This document shows, piece after piece, positions 49,303 through 63,414 of a DNA stretch of 64,000 bases (positions are counted from its first letter, which is position 1; every line of letters starts with the position of its first letter). Below the pieces are notes generated by a model. It was given only the letters and a program-made list of their open reading frames with translations, had not been told where the DNA came from and ran no database searches. A program made the translations under genes and the position numbers. The stretch is taken from assembly GCF_048593235.1 (NCBI RefSeq), contig NC_133620.1, forward strand, positions 318,633,765 to 318,697,764, given 5' to 3'. This DNA comes from Sminthopsis crassicaudata. Its lineage: Eukaryota.

Positions 49303-51362
49303 AAAGGTTCTAAATTTCCACTGTCTTCACTGGTAGGTGAGCTCTCCCACAAATATTGAGACAAAGACAGGGTTGCTAAAGCTGAGAGGTCTTTTTGAAT
49401 AACTTAACTCAATTAAGAAGTCTATCAGGTATTTTTCTTTTTCTTTTTTTTTTTTCCACCAGAACCATTTACAGAATGTCTCTGTTAGATTTTGTAGTCT
49501 GTTTCTCAGAGACACTTTCCTTGTACATAATCACTATTGTCCTGGAAGCACCCCCTAGGCTTCTCCTTGCAAAAAGCCATTTTCTCCCTAGCATCTTCTA
49601 TGTGGAAAACCTATCTCCCTAGTATTCTTTATAGTGTGATAATTATTATGTATGTTTTTTTTCTTGGGTTCATACAGATCTCTGTGTTTCTCAGAATTTT
49701 TCATATTTGACATTTCTTGCCATAGTAATATTTACCATAGTATTCATATATACCATAGTTGCCTTTCCCTTCTCTCACAACCATGAGCTCCATTTACTTC
49801 TCAACTCTGCAGTCTGACTTCCAACCTATAACTTGAGTTAGAAACTCCTAGATACAAGGTTACCCATATCCCTTAACTGTTAAATCCAGTGGCCTTTTTC
49901 TTAGGCCCCATTTTCCTTTGACACTGTTGACAAGATTCCCTTCCTTTGATTTTTATAACACTTTTGCTTGCTTTTCCTCCCTTTTAACTCCTTCTCAGTC
50001 TCTCTTGCTTGATTGCCATAATGGTCTTCTTCCTTGGTGTAAGTGTCGCCTAGGACTTTATCTTTATCTTAGGTCCTTTTCTTTTTATAGTCTCTCTCAT
50101 TGATCTCATGTTTCCATGGGTTCAGTTATTATCTATTTATAGATGACTCTCATATTTATATCACAGAATCATAGATTTACAGGTAGAAGGCACCTTCAAG
50201 GTCATGTAGTGCAAACTCATTTTATATATGAAGTAATTAAGGCTCAGAGTTGGTTAACTGTGTTGCCTGTTGTCAAATGTCTTTCACTAAGTGTTTGAAA
50301 CTTGTTTTGAATACAGGTCTCCTTTGACTATTTCATGGCTTTTAAAGAAAATAAAATTTGTTGAGTTAATTTGTAATTTTTATTAGAAAGTTTTCTATTT
50401 GCTGACAGAGGATAGATAGTTCTGAAAGGAACTACAAAGGATTAGTATGCTGCTGAGCTGATGATTATTTGGTCTCATTTCCCTTTTCACAATGCACCTC
50501 CTCTCATTTTTACTTTACTTCCCTCATTTTTCACAACAATGATCTCAATGGATATTTATCCTTCCCTGCAAAGGTCAATGTTAGAAAACTTTGGGTAGTT
50601 GCAGGGGGAGGAGGTGCTTCAGTACACAATCTGATAAACTGATTTTCCCTAGTCCAGATGACAAAATGACAAAATAAGCAGATAAGAGAGACAATAAGTG
50701 TAAAAATGTAAAAAAAAATAGTGTTATCTCATGCATGAGTTGTGAACAACATTGTTTGGAATTACAGAGCATATTGCTATTTGATAGTCAAGAATAGCTT
50801 GCAGTTCTGGTAACTCTTTAAAAATCAAGAGACTCTACAAGTTAGGTTCAGTCAGGAGATTCCTCTGAGGAGTATGACCTCTGGTAGCATAGAAGAAGAT
50901 CTCAGAGACATGGGGAGGAGAGAAGAAGAGGCATTACCTTTTTCTTTCCCTCATTGCTAGTGACTTTCAGAGGAGTTACAAAGTAGCAGGCATCACATCC
51001 AACAGGGAATAAATTGAGGAAAGAATTGAAGGCCAAGGAGAGAAGGAGCTTCTGTAGAATATGACCTGGTGGTAGAAAAGAGAGCCAGCTCTGATTGTTA
51101 TAAATTGAATAACAAACTTAGGAAATCCAATTGATTGATCTGCCCAACAAGAAATGCTGCATCTGGGGGATAATCATAAAAGGATACCATAAGAAAGGAA
51201 ATCAATTTAAGTCTTACTCTACTGTAGAAAGTCTGAGTTATTTAGACTGAGAATATTCCTTCCTCGGTGTATCTTTTTTTATACTTATTCTTCCCACTTG
51301 ACCATATATGTAATGACAGAATCTAACCCAGGTTTATTATTTTATTTAATTGTGTTGTTCTA

Positions 51363-53889
51363 ATCCTCAGCATTTTTATACATTAACAACACAATCCAAC
51401 AGCAAGAGATACAAAGAGAAATTCCATTCAAAATAACGGTCGATAGTATCAAATATTTGGGAATATATCTACCAAAGGAGAGTCAGGAATTATATGAGCA
51501 AAATTACAAAACACTTGCCACAAAAATAAAGTCAGATTTAAATAATTGGAAAGACATTTAGTGCTCTTGGATAGGCCGAGCAAATATAATTAAGATGACA
51601 ATACTCCCTAAACTAATCTATTTATTTAGTGCTATACCAATCAGACTTCCAAGAAACTATTTAAATAACCTAGAAAAAATAACAACAGAATTCATATGGA
51701 ACAACAAAAGATCGAGAATTTCAAGGGAAGTAATGAAAAAAAAATTAAGTGAAGGTGGTCTAGCTGTACCTGATCTAGAACTGTATTATAAAGCAACAGT
51801 CACCAAAACCATTTGGTATTGGCTAAGAAATAGACTAGTTGATCAGTGGCATAGGTTAGGTTCACAGGGCAAGATAGTGAATAAAAATAGCAATCTAGTG
51901 TTTGACAAACCCAAAGATCCCAAATTTTGGGATAAGAATTCATTATTTGACAAAAACTGCTGGGAAAACTGGAAATTAGTATGGCAGAAACTAGGCATGG
52001 ACCCACATTTAACACCACATACTAAGATTAGATCAAAATGGGTCCAAGATTTAGGCATAAAGAACGAAATCATAAATAAATTGGAGGAACATGGGATGGT
52101 TTACCTCTCAGACTTGTGGAGGAGGAAGGAGTTTGTGTCCAAGGGAGAACTAGAGACCATTATTGATCACAAAATAGAACATTTTGATTACACCAAATTA
52201 AAAAGTTTCTGCACAAACAAAACTAATGCAAACAAGATTAGAAGGGAAGTAACAAATTGGGAAAACATTTTTACAGTTAAAGGTTCTGATAAAGGCCTCA
52301 TCTCCAAAATATACAGAGAATTGACTTTAATTTATAAGAAATCAAGCCATTCTCCAATTGATAAATGGTCAAAGGATATGAACAGACAATTTTCAGATGA
52401 TGAAATTAAAACTATTTCCACTCATATGAAAGTGTTCCAAATCACTATTGATCAGAGAAATGCAAATTAAGACACCTCTGAGATATCAGTACACACCTGT
52501 CAGATTGGCTAAGATGACAGGAACAAATAATAATGAATGTTGGAGGGGCTGTGGGAAAACCATTCTGGAGAGCAATCTGGAATTATGCCCAAAAAGTTAT
52601 CAAAATGTGCATACCCTTTGACCCAGCCATACTATTACTGGGCTTATATCCCAAGGAAATACTAAAGAAGGGAAAGGGACCTGTATGTGCCAAAATGTTT
52701 GTGGCAGCCCTTTTCATAGTGGCTAGAAGCTGGAAGATGAATGGATGTTCATCAATTGGAGAATGGTTGGGTAAATTATGGTATATGAATGTTATGGAGT
52801 ATTATTGTTCTGTAAGAAATGACCAACAGGAGAAATACAGAGAGGCTTGGAGAGACTTACATCAATTGATGCTAAGTGAAACGAGCAGAACCAGAAGATC
52901 ATTATACACTTCAACAATGATACAGTACGAGGATGTATGCTGATGGAAGTGGATATCTTCAACATAGAGAAGAGCTAATCCAATTCCAATTGATTAATGA
53001 TGGACAGAATCAGCTACATCCAGAAAAGAAACACTGGGAAATGAGTGTAAACTGTTATTTTTACCTTCTGAATCCAATTCTTCCTGTGCAACAAAAATTC
53101 GGTTCTACACACATATATTGTATCTAGAATATACTGTAATATATTTAACATGTATAAGACTGCCTGCCATCTGGGGGAGGGGGTTGGGGGAGGAAGGGAA
53201 AAAATCTGAATAGAAGTAAGTGCAAGGGATAATGTTGTAAAAAATTACCCATGCATATGTACTGTCAAAAAAAAAAAGTTATAATTATAAAATTAAATAA
53301 AAATTAAATTTAAAACAAAAAAAAAAGATAATTGTATCAGCTCTGGGATTGGCCATCAATGCCTGGGCAAGTTATGAGTATGACAGATTACTATAATACT
53401 ATTGTGGTATAAAAAGTGATGAAGGGACAGTTTCCAAAAATCTGAAAAGATTTGTATGAACTGATGCAAAGTGAAATGAACAGGAAGAAGAGAAAAACTT
53501 ATAAGATGATAAGATTATGAAGGTAATCAATTCTAAAAGACTTAGGAACTCTGATCAGCGCACAATGATCCACCACAGCACTAAAGAACTCAGGATAAAA
53601 CAAGCTAGCTCCCTCGAGATGAAGGGCTGACAGAGTAAGAGATCAAAGCATATTTTTTGGCATGGTTGAGATTGGAGTTTGCTTTATCTGATTGTGCACA
53701 TTTGTAATTGGCTTTATTTTCTTGCTTCTCAATAAGTATGTGTGTGGGGGGAGTAGAAAACAAGAGGAATAGAACTCAGCTGAAGTGTTATATCCCACTT
53801 TGGGATTCCCCTTGTGAATTCTTTTTCCTGAAATTTTAGTGCACTGATTTATCTATCTATTAAAGTGCTATTTAATCACTGTTAAAAAA
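51363..53889 (+). mobile_element. 5'-truncated young L1 (51363-53326) plus about 560 bp of 3'-transduced sequence and a second A-tail
   Basis: ORF2 C-terminal ORFs 51595-52470 and 52533-52943; L1 poly(A) ends at 53326; perfect 15-bp TSD AATTGTGTTGTTCTA at 51348-51362 and 53890-53904. Confidence 0.9.
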
Positions 53890-54159
53890 AATTGTGTTGT
53901 TCTATTTAATAGTTCTAAGAACTATTGTTCTGACAATGGCTGCTCAGTAAATAGTCAATAGCATTGCTTGTAAATACACTGTTGGGAAATTATTACAGTT
54001 TTATAATTTTTATATTATAGCTTTAGGAGAGATAACCCATGGAGAACTTTGAACCTCTGAGGGTAGCCTGGAAAGAATTGGGAGGGTGATAACCCAGAAG
54101 GAGAGCTCCACTTATATAGCAAGAAAGTTCTTTTAGGACTGATGAAGCAATTTAGGGTA

Positions 54160-54395
54160 ATTTGGTGGCACAGTGGTTAGAGTACCAGGCTTGAATGGGA
54201 AAGATTCACTATCTTAAGTTCAAATCCAGCCTTGGATTGTGCTTTGTGACTTTAGGCAGGTTACTTAACTTTCTGTGCCTAAGTTTCCTCATCTGTCATA
54301 TGACCTGGAGAAGGAAGTGGCAGACCTCTTCAGTATCTTTGCTAAGAAAACTCCAAATGGGGTCACACAGAGTTGGATATGAACAACAAAAAAAG
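54160..54395 (+). mobile_element. MAR1-type CORE-SINE
   Basis: ggtggcacagtggttagag head; core; ctggagaaggaagtggc..cagtatctttgc tail. Confidence 0.8.
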
Positions 54396-56015
54396 TAGCA
54401 GTCTTGTCCAGGTTTTCCATATGGATTAAAACTACCTTTTTTCTGAATTCATGAAAGCAGATGGACAAGATTTGGACTTCTTTTTGTAAAGCTTTTAAAG
54501 CCCATGTCAAATGTTACTTCTCTTGGGCCTGAATTTCTTTGTCTGTAAAACAAAAGTGTTGGACTAGAAGATCTCTGAGGCCATTTCCAACCTTAAGTCC
54601 TATGAAGCCTTTCTTGATTTTTAATATAATTTGGCATTCTTTCATCTCTCCTGCCCCCCATTCTGAACTTCATAGAAAACTTTGTACCTCTTTAATTCTC
54701 TTCTTAAAATGTTATTTTGTATCATATATTAATGTTATTAATATATTATTTTGTATCAGTTCTCACCACCATCTCTACTATAACGGTACTGCCTCATGAG
54801 AATCAAAATATAGCTGATAAGTTAGTTGTGTTTTTCTTCCATTTATCTTACAGAGCTTACTCTGTTATCTACAGAGCAACATTCCCCATGGTGACAAGGC
54901 AGCAGAGTCTTGTGCTACAGAACAAATTGTTTGCATTTAATTGAAAACTATAAAAATAAAATTTGATAGAGTACCCAGTTATAAGAACCCTCACTAGGTT
55001 CTATGTAAAACAGCATTAAAAACATAATTATCCTGATTTTGCAATCTCACCATGCTCCTGATCTTTCAACCATTGAATTCCTTTCTTTTTGTTTTCACCA
55101 TTTCTCGTTAGTCAGGAGTCTGGGGACATGGGGCTTTCTTTTTATGCTTAGGGAAATTTTAAAAGCAAACTAGAAAGTTTCAGAAAGATAATTTCTCAAT
55201 TGAGAAAACTAGGACTTATGCTCAAACTTTGATCATGGATTGTAGATTTAGAGTAGGAAGAAATCTTAGACATCATCTTGCCAGTCCCTTTCATTTTACC
55301 ATCAGGGAAAGTAAGAGTTAGAAAAGCAAAATGATTGCCTAATATTAATTGATATATATCAATAGCTTACTTGATTGGAATCATTTTCAGTAGAAGATTA
55401 ATGCACAGCTGGTTAGACTAGAATCTTGTTATTTAAAAGCATTAGGAGTTAAATACATTGGCAACTCAAGTATATTAATATGATCAGGCATTGTTAAGTG
55501 CCAGTTATACATATAATTTAATGTACTTGGGGGAGACATGCATAATTTTTAAGGCCAGGCGAAAGAAGAAAAAATGAGAAATGATTAAATATACTATATA
55601 GGAAGTGATGGATTCCCATGAATTTTCTTGCTCAATTGCTGTGTTCCTGATTTCCTGAAGAACACTTGAAAGAAACTTTCTCAGCTTTCCCCTACTCCTA
55701 ATACAATAAGGAACAACATTCATGATTTCCTTAGTTCTGGACCTGGACCATATCCTCAGAATGAAAAGAAGCCTAATGTTTGGAATGACATTACTATGTG
55801 ATTGTTGGAATGTCAAGAGACTGATGTTGATTTGAAACCAGAAATCAAGTGTTAAATACTTCTGTATACAAAGGAAACGTCAATAGAACATGTTACAGAA
55901 CAGCTTTAATGGTACAGGAGTGCTTGCCAACAGTCATGACCTGAGTTTTGTATTTTTGTATTGCTTTTTTTTCCCCCCCAAGGAAATGACCAGATCTCAT
56001 TTTGTTTTCTCTTAG

Positions 56016-56102
56016 GTGTGACGTTTGCTGCCAAAGGTTATTTTGATGCCCTGGTAAAAATGGGGGAGTTGGCCAGTGAAAGTCAAGGCTCAAAAGAACT
56101 TG
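56016..56102 (+). CDS. BAIAP2: BAIAP2 coding exon 3 (87 nt), (G)VTFAAKGYFDALVKMGELASESQGSKEL(G)
   Basis: Acceptor TTTTCTCTTAG; donor TTG|GTAAGA. Phase-1 junctions are compatible with exon 2 and the peptide matches the IRSp53 IMD. Later exons lie beyond the window. Confidence 0.97.
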
Positions 56103-57335
56103 GTAAGATTTGGAATTGTAGAGGGAAAAGAACAATTTGGGAGCTTTTGGAATGTTCAGAAAGTCGGAGTGGGAGTGGAAAATGAAGTTCTGTAACATAA
56201 TTTAGATGGTTTTTTGACTCAGATTTGGTCTGTTTTTAAACAGAAATCAAGGGAAAATTTTGCACCAGAATTTAAACTTTTAAAATAAACCAGTATTTTT
56301 GTGGCTTTTCTAAAATCTAAACATGGCCTGTGCTATTGCTCTTTCATCTTGTCCATGGGATATGTTGCTGTTATCAATAACTTACTAATGTATAAATAAG
56401 AAGAGAGCACTCCAGGAAGCTGTCTCAATGGCTATGGTTCAATGTGACAGAGGTGGGGAGAGATTGGTCTTTTGCCAAATAACAATTTAATAGTTGGCAG
56501 AGAAAACAGATTGATTCCCCCCCCCCAAGTTTTAAATAGCATATGTTCTCCAGGCCATTTGGTAGTCTAGCAACAAACTTTATGTTGATTAAGTTAAGAA
56601 GATTTAGGACATTAAGTCAAGCCATTTAATAAGAAAATTCTGTGACCACAAGATTATCTTTGTAATACAAAGTTTGGCTTTTTCCTAGTGAGGACATTTT
56701 AGAGTTGCTGTTCTTTGCATTAAATGCTATGGAAACCAGGTCCCTACCTTCTGAAAGCTTCTACTCCTTGTTACCACAATAATGCAAACAAATGTTAGTT
56801 TCTTGGAGTCAGCTATAAAGGTAGCTGACCTGTAATAACTTGATCCTTTTGAAAGAAATAAGGCAAGTTGGCTTAATTAACTAGACTTACCAGTTTATGT
56901 TTATACAGGTGTTTGAATATTAGCTCTAGGTCATGACTGTTAATTTTTACCCAGGGAGGAATACTTTTATCTTAAGATTTACTGTTAAATTCACACATGT
57001 GGGCATGTTGAATCTATATCCAGATCTTTTCTCCATTCAATCTTTCAATAAATTGTCATTAATAATACAAGTAGCAGCATAAACATACACAGAATATTAA
57101 AACTAAAAGTGATTTTTAAATTAGTCTTATCCAATTCTACTTTTATATGCATGAGGTAACAAACTAAGATGCAAAGAAGTTAATAATGATTGCTTGCTTT
57201 ATATAATGCTTTATGTTATTCTATCAATATTAGGACCTCTAATTACCTTTATTTAGCTCATACAGTTTTCGCCAGTAGTCACATTGGAGTTAGAGTATAG
57301 ATCTCAGTTTTTCTTCTTATACTCTTTCTATACCA

Positions 57336-58160
57336 TAGGCATATCTTGAAGATATTTTGGGCTCAGTTCCAGACCATTGCCATAAAGTGAATGTTGCAAT
57401 AAAGCAAGTCACACTTTTTTTGGTTTCCCAGTTCATACAAAAGTTATGTTTATCCTGTGCTGTAGTCTATTAAATATGCAATAGTATATTGTCTAAAAAA
57501 AAGTTCTCGTCTTAATTAAAAATACTTTATTGATAAAAAAAAAATGCTACCTACTATCTGAGCCTTCACACACCCACCCCCCCCCCCCCCACCCCCCGGT
57601 AATCTTTTTGCTGGTGTTAGGTTTGGTTGTTGAAAGAGNNNNNNNNNNNNNNNNNNNNNNNNNNNNNNNNNNNNNNNNNNNNNNNNNNNNNNNNNNNNNN
57701 NNNNNNNNNNNNNNNNNNNNNNNNNNNNNNNNNNNNNNNNNNNNNNNNNNNNNNNNNNNNNNNNNNNNNNNNNNNNNNNNNNNNNNNNNNNNNNNNNNNN
57801 NNNNNNNNNNNNNNNNAGTCAGTGGATCGTCAGAACACACACAACATTTATTTATTAAGATTGCTGTCTCATATGGGTACAATTCATGGTGCTCCAAAAC
57901 AATGACAAAGTACACTTTAAATCCTTTAACGAAGATCACTGATTATAGATCACCACAACAGATATAATTATAATGAAAAAGTTTGAAATATTGTGAAAAT
58001 CACCGTAATGTGACACAGAGATACTATGTGACTATATGCTCTTGGAAAAATGGTACCAAAAGATTGCTCAATTGCAGGGTTGCCATAAACTTTCAGTTTG
58101 TAAAAAATGCAATATCTGCAAAATACAATAAAGTTAAGTGCAATAAAATTAGTATTCCTG
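57336..58160. mobile_element. Tigger1-like (Tc1/mariner-pogo) non-autonomous DNA transposon, partly in an N gap
   Basis: Degenerate TIRs (tAGGCATAtCT...AGTATtCCTG) followed by TA; both arms follow the Tigger1 consensus as I recall it (gttccagacca...aagttatgttta; agatcactgat...gaaaaagtttgaaatatt). Confidence 0.82.
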
Positions 58161-61100
58161 TAAATTACTTTCCTTTATAAAGCATAGGACTTTCTTTTGT
58201 ATAGTATTCTTTTTAGGGAAGCATTGGAGGGTTAAAATGGTTTGGAGAAAGTGACTTTTCTACTGTCATGCTGGTCATGTGACTTGTAAGTTCTCCCAGG
58301 TTGCAGTGGTGATTTGCAGAATATATTCTCAGAATAGTTCTTGTGACATGACTGAGAGACATATATTCATGCAGAGATGAAATGAAATGACTTGCAAAAG
58401 AAGAGAATTGTCAGAGCAGGCCCTTGAGAAGTCTGAAAAGGGCCTCTAGTTTCTTGGAGGCTTTTAAGGAGTTTCTCTGTGTTTTTAGGTATTGCTTAAT
58501 GACTTAACTTATCTGAATATGCTTTGAGATGTTTAGATGCTGATGGTCACAATTCTTAATTATGTATTCAATTGTTATAAATAAGTATGATAGAATGAAC
58601 AGATATTAGACTAAAGCTTCAGACATTCAGCCTTGGAAGCACTTCCATTTCTTAGGTTATCCTTCAGCAATTAACTTGATCTGGTCTACTGAGTCATTNN
58701 NNNNNNNNNNNNNNNNNNNNNNNNNNNNNNNNNNNNNNNNNNNNNNNNNNNNNNNNNNNNNNNNNNNNNNNNNNNNNNNNNNNNNNNNNNNNNNNNNNNN
58801 NNNNNNNNNNNNNNNNNNNNNNNNNNNNNNNNNNNNNNNNNNNNNNNNNNNNNNNNNNNNNNNNNNNNNNNNNNNNNNNNNNNNNNNNNNTGGGGATTTT
58901 CCTGACATTCCTGCTAATTTATTGGGCCCTAAGTAGACATCATATCAAAGGCAAAGAACAGCAGTACCTGAAAGATGGAAGTTCACAGTTTTACCAAGGC
59001 TGGAGCATGTGTTAATTATATTGGCATTATAGAATTTAGAACAAGAAAATATCCTGGACAGCATCTAATTCAGCATCTTCACTTTATTGAACAGGAAGTT
59101 AGTGAAATGCCCAACATCATATAGATAATAAATGATAGTCATGACTGGGGACCTAGGTGTTCTTACTCTAAATTTAGTTTCCTTTCCACCACATCATGCT
59201 GTTTCTTCCGGTTTCAGTGCTGTCCATTGGTGGTTAAATCATAATGGTTCAGGATAGATTTTCCAAAACTAACTTGTTAGTTTGGTTCTGGTTGAGTTAG
59301 GAGTCAGTTGACTTGGAGACAGATTCAATTTCAGGTAACAGAACTGAGGCAGCATCAAAGGCCATGACACTGCATTTCTGAGATTCTCTGAATGTTCTTT
59401 GCTGGTGTATTCATTGTTTTCTTGCTTCTAAATTGACTTAAATTTCTGGTTTTGAGTAACCTGGTCATATGGGTATTTTTTAGTTATTTTTTAAGGACAT
59501 TTCTGGGATTAAGGGAATGGTGATGGTTAGGAGTAATTTTATATTTTGCTTTGGTATTAGCTCAGGTAACATTTCAAGATCATATGTTGGTCTATGATGA
59601 GACCATCATTATGGTCTCAAAATAGTTATACTATTACATGATGTTCCCATAATGGCATCCAAGAAGCTGTTATATTATTTAGTAAATCTGTGATCTTACA
59701 ATAAGAATTGATTCTATTAATGCATGTTAGATGTATTATCCCTGCCAAGGGGAACTGTCAGTTCACCTGTGATTACTCTTCTCCTTTTTCTCTCTCCCAT
59801 TTTGAAAAAAGATTTGAGAAGTACTTTTGGTTTTAGAGTACTGAAGTTCTACTACTGTTTTGGAATCATTTTGTCCTTATGCTTAAGTCTTGGAGCTGAA
59901 TAAGCTATGTTTTAGATGCTTTAATATATAGTAATGTTAGATTAACCTTCTTTTCTCCCAAATACTCAGTGGATTCTTTGTACCCTGCCTTTTGCCACTT
60001 ACAGGGTAAAATGCAAACTTGACCTGGCATTCACATTGGTTTAGAATCAGACTCCAATTTACCTTTTCATGTTTGTTTCATATTATCTCTCTTCAAATAT
60101 TGATAATCCATTTAAATTAGATTAATAGTTGTTCCCTGATCTGGTTCTTCCCTCTCCTGTGTCTAATCAGTGGTACCTCTCATCTCTTGTACTTGGAACA
60201 GGCTCCCCCCCCCACTAGTTTGCTAAAATTTTTCCCTGTCCTAAAAGCCCATTTCAGGTGTCATCTACTTCACAGGGTTTCTTTGAAACTTTCCTCTCTT
60301 AAAAATAGTTCCTTTTTTCCGTTAAGCTCTTGTCATTCTGTGATCTCTTATAAACTTAAAATTACAGTTTCCATTATGTTTATTTGAGTACATTTCTTAT
60401 TACTGGAGCATTGTTCTTATTACATTGTAAAATCCTTGAGGGCAGGCAATGTAATTTAACTTTTTCTATATTACCTATATTTCTACCCATTACATGCCTG
60501 CTCTGCCCCTCCCCCCCAAATGTCTTGAACTCAACTGGAACTTAGTATACGTTTATTGAGGAAGCTGAAAACAGGTGACCTCTCTGAAGTTTTTCTCCCT
60601 TACTTATGATTTCCGTCAGTGAAACCTACAAATATTTTTTGGCTTTCCCAGAGCTTCATTTGTGTCATTCGGGGTTAAAGTGACTGTTGATTTCATTGGA
60701 AATATACCAAAAGTATAAAGTACCATTAGGAGTTACAGTCAGCATAGGAATCTAGTTATATAACCAGAACTTTCATTCATGTCAGTGAAGGAAAAGTGAC
60801 TTAAGCAGGATTGTACCACTTCCTCTCTTTGGCTATATGGCTCTGATACTTCCTGGAATGTGCAGTGATTCCTATTTTCAGATATGGCTTTAAAATTTCC
60901 TTTATGAATGTCCCTCAACCTTCTACTATTATCCCAAGGAAACAGATCCACCCGTGCTTAGGAGTTTAGCAGTAGTATGGGCAAATTGGCAGATTTAAAG
61001 AAGAAAGGGAAATGGCTGCTGACCATTCCCCCTGCCTTTTTTTTTTTTTTAGTTGCTTTAATGATTTGACAAGGCAAGGTCCAAAATGACTAGAACCATT

Positions 61101-61245
61101 AGGGGATTGGCCTTATTTGAGTCTGCCTGGGCCGCAGATAAACTGCCTTCTCTCTGAAATTATTTTGATGTACATCATAAATATTTCTGGGGTACCACTC
61201 AGAAAATAGCTTTACATGATCCTCTGAAAGATAACCATTTCTTTT

Positions 61246-61368
61246 TTTAATTATAGCTTTTTATTGACAAAACATATGCATTGGTAATTTTTCAACTTTG
61301 ACCCTTGCAAAAACTTCTGTTCCAACTTTTCTCCTCCTTCCCTCCACTCCTTCCCATATACATTAAAT
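61246..61368 (-). mobile_element. Short L1 3' end
   Basis: ttttattgacaaaacatatgcattggtaatttttcaactttgacccttgcaaaaac, an L1 3' terminus in antisense. Confidence 0.78.
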
Positions 61369-61639
61369 ATAAACATTTATTTCTTGATTTGTTTATTTAT
61401 GTCTACCTGGAAAAATTCAGACTAACTCTAGTAATAATGAGGAGCTCAGCACTTGTCTCACATTCTTTCTTTCCTCAAACGAGCATATTTGTAAAGTTTC
61501 TAGCCTAGTGTTCTGAATATAGTAAGGACTTAATAAATGTTTATTCTTTTCCCCTTTTTTCTTCCCCAACTCTTGCCTTTATTTTCAGGGACTTTGTTGC
61601 TCCTATAAAATCCCCTAAACTTCCACTTTCTCAGCCTCT

Positions 61640-63390
61640 TTCCCTCAAAGCCACATTTGGGGATGGTCATTCATTATTAGTCCTTAACATTACTCATGAA
61701 TTTCCACTTCCTTGATTAGAAATTGATTTGATTACCTCATTATAACTCCTCTTACTCAATACCTTTTTTTGTCCTCATTGAGGATTTTAGCAAGGCTTTA
61801 AATGATCTGACTTCATTTTCCTCTCCAGTCGTGACTTAACTGTACTTAACCATTTTAAATCTACATTGTTCTCTGCTCTGAAATCCCTTTCTCTTGTCCC
61901 ATCATTGCTCATTTCTTGCCAAACCTCAGCTGAGGATTACTGCCACCATCTGTCCTCTGATCTTATTCATAGACTACTGAATAAAACTGGAAAAAATCAT
62001 GCAACTGAGCGAGTACTTTATAAATTCTTGTTATCCAATTTCAACTGAGTCTTCACTGAAGCAAATAAGTTGTTAGTCTTCCGTAATTGATTCCTTATAT
62101 CATTCCCTACAGAAGCTATTCCAGAACTTTTCTTATTTTTTCAATCTTCCTCAACCTCAACCCTTCATTTTCCCCACAGGGTCGGAGTCTGGTATTTTGA
62201 GAGAAAATTGAGCTAGTCAATAAGCATTTATCAAGTACTTATTTGTACCAGATACGGTGCTAAATGCTGGGAAGAAATGTGAAAATATAACCCTTGCATT
62301 CAAGGAACTTTCATTTAAATGGGGGTGGGAGGGAGATAATATGTAAATAACTAGCAATATATAAAATATATAAAGAACATTTTATCAAGATAATAAAAAA
62401 TGGGAAATGTTAGCCCTCTGGATAGAATGAGAAAGATATCCTATACAAAGTAGGCCCTGAGATGTGTTTAAGGAAGTCAGAGAAACGAAGAGAGGTAGAG
62501 GTGAAAGGGGAAACCAACAGAGGTGAAGGTGAGGAGTGAGCAGAAGCATTTCAGGATTGGGGTACAAGTATTTAGTACAAAAACATGGAGATAACAGATG
62601 GGATATTAGCTGAGGAACAGTAGGCCAATAAAGCTGGTACATGAAAGGGAATATTGTGTAAGAAAGCTAGAAGGGAAAGAAAGATTAGTTTATGAAGAAC
62701 TTTAAATGACAAAGAGGACTTTTTACTTGATCTTAGAGGAAGAGGGAGCCATTGAAACTCTGACCCAGGAAAGAGGTATGATCAAGATTTTTAGGAAAAT
62801 CACCTTGATGGCTGAACATAGGATGGATTGGAGAGGGGAAGAGGCATGTAAGCTTGATTCCACTTCTCTGCCATCTTCTCCAGCAGATTACAATTTCATA
62901 CTTTCTCCTCTCTTTGTCTTTGTCTTTGTTGTTCTGTTAATTTTTCTTTTGGTGTCTTTCATCTTTTGAAAACTTTTCACTCAATTCGGCCATCCCTTTG
63001 AGTGACCATACTTTTCTCTCTTCCCTTTGTCAGCCAAACTTCTACAAAAAAATTTGTGTATACTCCTCCACATCTTCTTCTCTCTCCTCAGTCCTTTGCA
63101 ATCTGAGTTTCACTGTTTTCTGCAAAGTTATCAGTGATATTTTAATTGCCAAGTCTGATTGTCTTTTGGAGCCTCATCCTTCTTTTGAGTACTCTATCCT
63201 TTCTAGATTTCTGTAACATTAATCTCTTCTGGTTCTCATCTTGTCTATCTATTCCTGTCTCTTTTTCTGACTCATAATTTATATCATATATCCTACTTGG
63301 GGATGCCTCACAAAGCTCTGTTTTAGATCTTTTTTCCCTCTTTATTCACTCTGTTGGTTAAGGTCTCAACCAGTTTATTTACTCTATGTT
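61640..63390. mobile_element. Cluster of decayed L2 fragments (an antisense piece at about 62218-62850 within sense pieces)
   Basis: L2 3' end text aataagcatttatcaagtac..gtgctaaatgctggg and L2 ORF-like pyrimidine-rich remnants. More L2 pieces at about 49740-50160 and 60020-60440. Confidence 0.5.
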
Positions 63391-63414
63391 TTTTTTTCCT
63401 GTTGCTTGTGATAA

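Noticed and set aside
58620-58920. Possible BAIAP2 exon 4 at or in the N gap (ttcttag acceptor-like site at about 58655)
   Set aside because: The following bases do not encode the expected GDVLFQMAEVH peptide; the gap itself cannot be read.
59598-59619. Perfect 9-bp hairpin TGAGACCAT-catt-ATGGTCTCA (also an 8-bp stem at 4601-4625)
   Set aside because: A few stems of this length are expected by chance in 64 kb; no extended pre-miRNA-like pairing.
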